In this document: positions 60,517 to 64,000 of the stretch, piece by piece
Position numbering within the stretch: position 1 is the first letter of the stretch
How the letters are laid out: each line of letters opens with the position of its first letter
Origin: a virus
Taxonomy: Duplodnaviria; Heunggongvirae; Uroviricota; Caudoviricetes
Virus record (IMG/VR): IMGVR_UViG_2744054962_000001
DNA: 64,000 nt
Reading direction: 5' to 3' (one strand)
The notes under the pieces: model-generated
Databases searched by the model: none
Told to the model about the DNA's origin: nothing
What the model saw: only the letters and a program-made list of their open reading frames with translations
Program-made: the position numbers and the translations under genes

Positions 60517-60622
60517 CATATGGTGGGGGATATCCCCACCTTCTCTTTGATTTGTAAGCCTTGTTTAAACACATAAGATAACAACTTGTTTAAACGCACC
60601 AAAAAAGAAAAAGGAAAAACAC

Positions 60623-61765
60623 ATGTCATATTCAACGTTCCGTTTGGGTGCTAATGATGCAACCAAAGAGCCTATGTTCCTCGGACAATCTGTCAACGTG
60701 GCTCGTTACGATCAACAAAAATACCGTGATTTTGAAAAGTTGATTGAACGTCAATTGTCTTTCTTCTGGCGGCCGGAAGAAGTTGATATTTCGAGCGATC
60801 GCATCGACTTCAATACGAAGCTGCGGGACCACGAACGCCACATTTTCCTGAGTAATCTCCGTTATCAAACGTTGCTCGATTCAGTTCAGGGACGTAGCCC
60901 AAACGCAACTCTGCTGCCGCTTATCTCTATTCCTGAACTGGAAACGTGGGTTGAAACGTGGTCTTTCTCTGAGACTATCCATAGCCGCAGCTACACCCAC
61001 ATTATTCGTGGCATGGTGGACGATCCGAGTATTGTTTTTGACGGTATTGTTACGGATGAAGAAATCATCAACCGAGCCATCAGTATCTCTGCTGAATATG
61101 ACAGGCTTTATGGGATGACCTGCGATCGCCAGTCGTTAGGCGAGAAGGAATTTGAGCGTCTGTACGTAAATGAATATGGCTGGGAGCCATATCCTTTGCA
61201 CCGTCAGCTTTTCCGCACGTTAGTGTCCATTAATGCGCTTGAGGCGATCCGTTTCTATGTAAGTTTTGCATGTACGTTTGCCTTTGGCGAACGGAAGTTG
61301 CTTGAGGGTAACACCAAAATTATGCGCTTTATTGCCCGTGATGAAGCTCTGCATTGCGAAGGAACTGAACGCATGATCCGCTTCATGCGTACCGGTCGCG
61401 AAGGTTTATTGTGGAAAGAGATTGCTGCTGATGAAGAAAACGTCATTTACGACACCATGAAATCAGTCGCCGAACAAGAAATGAACTGGGCAGACTATCT
61501 CTTCAAAGACGGTTCGATGATTGGTTTAAACGCGGATATTCTGAAGACCTATGTAAAATACCGAACCAATCTGGCTATGAATCGTCTTGGCCTGAAGGCT
61601 TTATTTCCAGAAGTTACCACTGATCCGCTGGTCTGGATGAACAAGTGGTTGTTAACCGACACACTGCAAATTGCACCACAAGAGGCAGAGCAAAGCACAT
61701 ATCTGGTAGGTCAGATCGATTCTACCGTGGACAAGGCTTCTCTAAGCCAGTTTGCAGACCTGTAA
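60623..61765 (+). CDS. nrdB: ribonucleoside-diphosphate reductase beta subunit
   Basis: 380 aa, di-iron/tyrosyl radical ferritin-like fold motifs ([20 protein letters not shown]). Confidence 0.9.
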   Translation: MSYSTFRLGANDATKEPMFLGQSVNVARYDQQKYRDFEKLIERQLSFFWRPEEVDISSDRIDFNTKLRDHERHIFLSNLRYQTLLDSVQGRSPNATLLPLISIPELETWVETWSFSETIHSRSYTHIIRGMVDDPSIVFDGIVTDEEIINRAISISAEYDRLYGMTCDRQSLGEKEFERLYVNEYGWEPYPLHRQLFRTLVSINALEAIRFYVSFACTFAFGERKLLEGNTKIMRFIARDEALHCEGTERMIRFMRTGREGLLWKEIAADEENVIYDTMKSVAEQEMNWADYLFKDGSMIGLNADILKTYVKYRTNLAMNRLGLKALFPEVTTDPLVWMNKWLLTDTLQIAPQEAEQSTYLVGQIDSTVDKASLSQFADL

Positions 61766-61842
61766 ACCGATACAAAGCATTATGTGGCCTGGCAACGCTG
61801 GGCCACAATGGATCACAAGAATTAAGAAGGAACAAAACTAGC

Positions 61843-62712
61843 ATGAACTTTACCAAACTGACTGACCACCTGAAACTTGCCACCGATCGACTCATTGGAT
61901 TTAAGCCAGAACCATATGAGTTGCATGAAGGCCATGGTGTAGCCACTGAAAGTATTTACAAGATGGTCGATCAGTTTCATGAACTCTTCCAGCATCCGAG
62001 ACGCGTTATGCCGACACCAGAGCTGCTTCGTCTCCGTGCAAGCCTGATTCATGAAGAAGCTGTAGTGGAAGGTATTCCAGCCGCAATGAATGGGGATATT
62101 GAGCAACTGCTGGATGCAATGGCCGACTTTTTATACGTTGGTGTTGGTACGATGGTCGCCATCAAAGGTGGTATTTCTACCGGCATGACCTATTACACGC
62201 AGGAACAGAGCATTGATCGCTTTATGCAGACAATTTTTGTGCCCGGTAACACTGTTTTCGATGATATGGCAATGCCATTTCAGGAAGCTCGTGAGGCGTC
62301 ATGTATGCTCGAAGAGCTGGCAGATAAACTTGAGAAGAAGACTGTTAAGGATTCTGAGCTGATTCAGGAACTGCGCCGTGTAATGAACAAAATCTATGTG
62401 GCGTGCATGATGACTTATCGACTGGCTGATTTCCTCGGTATCAATGTCGTCGAGCTGGTTGGCGAAATTCATCGGTCTAACATGACAAAATTATGGCCTG
62501 CTGATGTTGAGGAACGTCGCCAGGCTGTGGCCAACTGCAAATACGACTCTTCAGATCTGGGATTCCGCCATGCTGATGGCACCGATAAGATGATCGGTTT
62601 TCGAATTTCCGATGGAAAGATTCTGAAGTCTCCAACCTATAGTGATGTCGATTTATCCTCCTTTGTTGAGCAAGCTAAAGCCTCAGCAATGTACGGAATG
62701 ATCAAAAAATAA
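61843..62712 (+). CDS. MazG-like NTP pyrophosphohydrolase domain protein
   Basis: EEAVVEG...DIEQLLDAMADFLYV pattern (EExxE / D-rich helices); start at internal Met MNFTK with AGGAACAAAACTAGCATG context (track ORF starts 61645 overlapping nrdB). Confidence 0.4.
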   Translation: MNFTKLTDHLKLATDRLIGFKPEPYELHEGHGVATESIYKMVDQFHELFQHPRRVMPTPELLRLRASLIHEEAVVEGIPAAMNGDIEQLLDAMADFLYVGVGTMVAIKGGISTGMTYYTQEQSIDRFMQTIFVPGNTVFDDMAMPFQEAREASCMLEELADKLEKKTVKDSELIQELRRVMNKIYVACMMTYRLADFLGINVVELVGEIHRSNMTKLWPADVEERRQAVANCKYDSSDLGFRHADGTDKMIGFRISDGKILKSPTYSDVDLSSFVEQAKASAMYGMIKK

Positions 62713-62779
62713 TTGTAGGTAGTTATCTATCTGTGTATATTTAACATGCGTAATAAAACTCTGGAATGACTATTCGTTT

Positions 62780-62806
62780 TGGTGGCCTATGGCCACCATT
62801 TTTTTA
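62780..62806 (+). terminator. rho-independent terminator
   Basis: TGGTGGCC-tat-GGCCACCA then TTTTTTT. Confidence 0.7.
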
Positions 62807-62851
62807 TCTGTCTGGTCTTGTTCTCTCAATGAATGTAAACTCACACGATGA

Positions 62852-62867
62852 ATAAGTAATTACTTAT
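62852..62867. promoter_or_regulatory. perfect 16-bp palindrome ATAAGTAATTACTTAT upstream of thyA-like gene (recurrent element family)
   Basis: self-complementary; same arm sequence family as other intergenic palindromes in the window. Confidence 0.5.
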
Positions 62868-62882
62868 CTTTGTGAGGTTTTT

Positions 62883-63986
62883 GTGTCACTCCTTTTGAAT
62901 CGAGAGCATACGAACGGTCAGGTAACAAACGCATCGTATGCAAAAGTTATTGAGACGGTGCTTAAAAGCGGCGTGCAGGCTGATGATCGCACAGGCACTG
63001 GTACTTTAAGCACCTGCTACGTTCCCTCTTACTACATGCTTACTGGTGGGACTGTGCCGCTTATTTCTGGAAAGGCGGTAAATCTTAAGCCACTACTTGT
63101 CGAACTTGAGTGGTATCTGAAAGGCACGGGCAACATCCAATTTCTCAAGGATAACGGCGTTAAGATTTGGGATGCATGGGCCGATGAGAATGGCGATTTG
63201 GGGCCGGTTTACGGTAAGCAGTGGCGTCGATGGGAAGATACCCGCATCGTGAGCCATAGTGAATATCTGAGCAAGATCGCTACTTTCCGTGAACGCGGGT
63301 ACAAAGTCGAGGGATACCTGGGTATCAGTGAAGATCGCGTAGTGCTGTCCCGTGAAATCGATCAGCTACAGCGTATTGTCGATACACTGCGCACGAACCC
63401 TACCGATCGTCGCATCATGCTTAACGCATGGAACGTAGGCGAGCTTGAGGATATGAAACTGCCACCTTGCCACTTTGTCTTCTCTTTGTGGAGTCGTGAG
63501 CTGGATTTTGAAACCCGTTTAACGATGGCAACTGACATTGGTCTTCAACACAGTCGCCTCGGTTACGAGTCTATCTACACCAAGATGCTATACGATCTGG
63601 ATATGGACGGCAGTGTTACTGAAGCTGAACTGGATGAACTTGGAATCCCCAAACGCATCCTCAACTCCTGCCTCGTACAGCGTAGCGTAGACACTTTTGT
63701 TGGTATGCCATTCAATATTGCTGGCTATGGCATTCTCACTCATTTTCTCGCGAAGATTACGGGTCACATGGCCGGTGCATTTGTGCATTTTGGCTTTGAC
63801 GTGCATTTGTACAACAACCACATGGAAGGTGTGTGTGAGCTAATGAAACGACAGGCTCCAGAGCATTCAGATCCGGTCGTTATTTTCCCTCATGAATGGT
63901 CAGAGTTGGATGATTTCAAATGGGACGAGGTTTTAATTCTTGGCTATGACCCTCTACCGTGGATCAAGGTTCCAGTGGCGGTGTGA
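62883..63986 (+). CDS. thyA: thymidylate synthase (ThyA family) with two insertions
   Basis: DRTGTGT, GDLGPVYGKQWR, RRIMLNAWNVGELEDMKLPPCH (catalytic Cys), PFNIAGY, HLYNNH conserved; extra segments after WRRWED and after the catalytic Cys relative to E. coli ThyA; GTG start. Confidence 0.8.
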   Translation: MSLLLNREHTNGQVTNASYAKVIETVLKSGVQADDRTGTGTLSTCYVPSYYMLTGGTVPLISGKAVNLKPLLVELEWYLKGTGNIQFLKDNGVKIWDAWADENGDLGPVYGKQWRRWEDTRIVSHSEYLSKIATFRERGYKVEGYLGISEDRVVLSREIDQLQRIVDTLRTNPTDRRIMLNAWNVGELEDMKLPPCHFVFSLWSRELDFETRLTMATDIGLQHSRLGYESIYTKMLYDLDMDGSVTEAELDELGIPKRILNSCLVQRSVDTFVGMPFNIAGYGILTHFLAKITGHMAGAFVHFGFDVHLYNNHMEGVCELMKRQAPEHSDPVVIFPHEWSELDDFKWDEVLILGYDPLPWIKVPVAV

Positions 63987-64000
63987 TATGGCAAGAGGTA

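Noticed and set aside
1-64000. CRISPR arrays
   Set aside because: No regularly spaced direct repeats with unique spacers were seen; the only regular short repeats are the iterons around repA and the tail-fibre coding repeats.

Overview
This 64 kb window reads as a tailed-phage genome segment that also carries plasmid-maintenance functions, i.e. a phage-plasmid. By gene content it resembles the SSU5/pHCM2 group of enterobacterial phage-plasmids, but that assignment is from memory and was not searched. Left to right on the + strand: a lambda-like tail module (tape measure, gpM/L/K/I-like, J-like host specificity protein, Stf-like side fibre, S74-chaperone fibre), a lysis cassette, a GNAT/RHH toxin-antitoxin pair, a ParA plus small RHH partition locus, a replication/nucleotide-metabolism block (DnaB-like helicase, primase, ligase, DnaE-like polymerase, gp32-like SSB, 5'-3' exonuclease, intein-containing RecA-like recombinase, SbcCD, RuvC-like, NrdAB, MazG-like, ThyA-like), three tRNAs, a Cre-like tyrosine recombinase with a candidate lox-like site, and a RepA gene flanked by iterons with a DnaA box and GATC cluster. 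Interspersed are several unexplained units; the best candidates for an undescribed accessory or defence-type system are an AT-rich two-gene membrane-protein cassette at 17985-19161, an AT-rich reverse-strand orphan at 22731-23828, and a reverse-strand two-gene operon with a perfect palindromic operator at 40344-41240. A roughly 20-bp palindromic element and an extended start-codon motif recur in front of many genes. All calls come from reading the ORF translations and sequence by eye; no searches were run. CDS coordinates follow the supplied ORF track; coordinates for tRNAs, hairpins and motifs were counted by hand and may be off by 1-2 nt.
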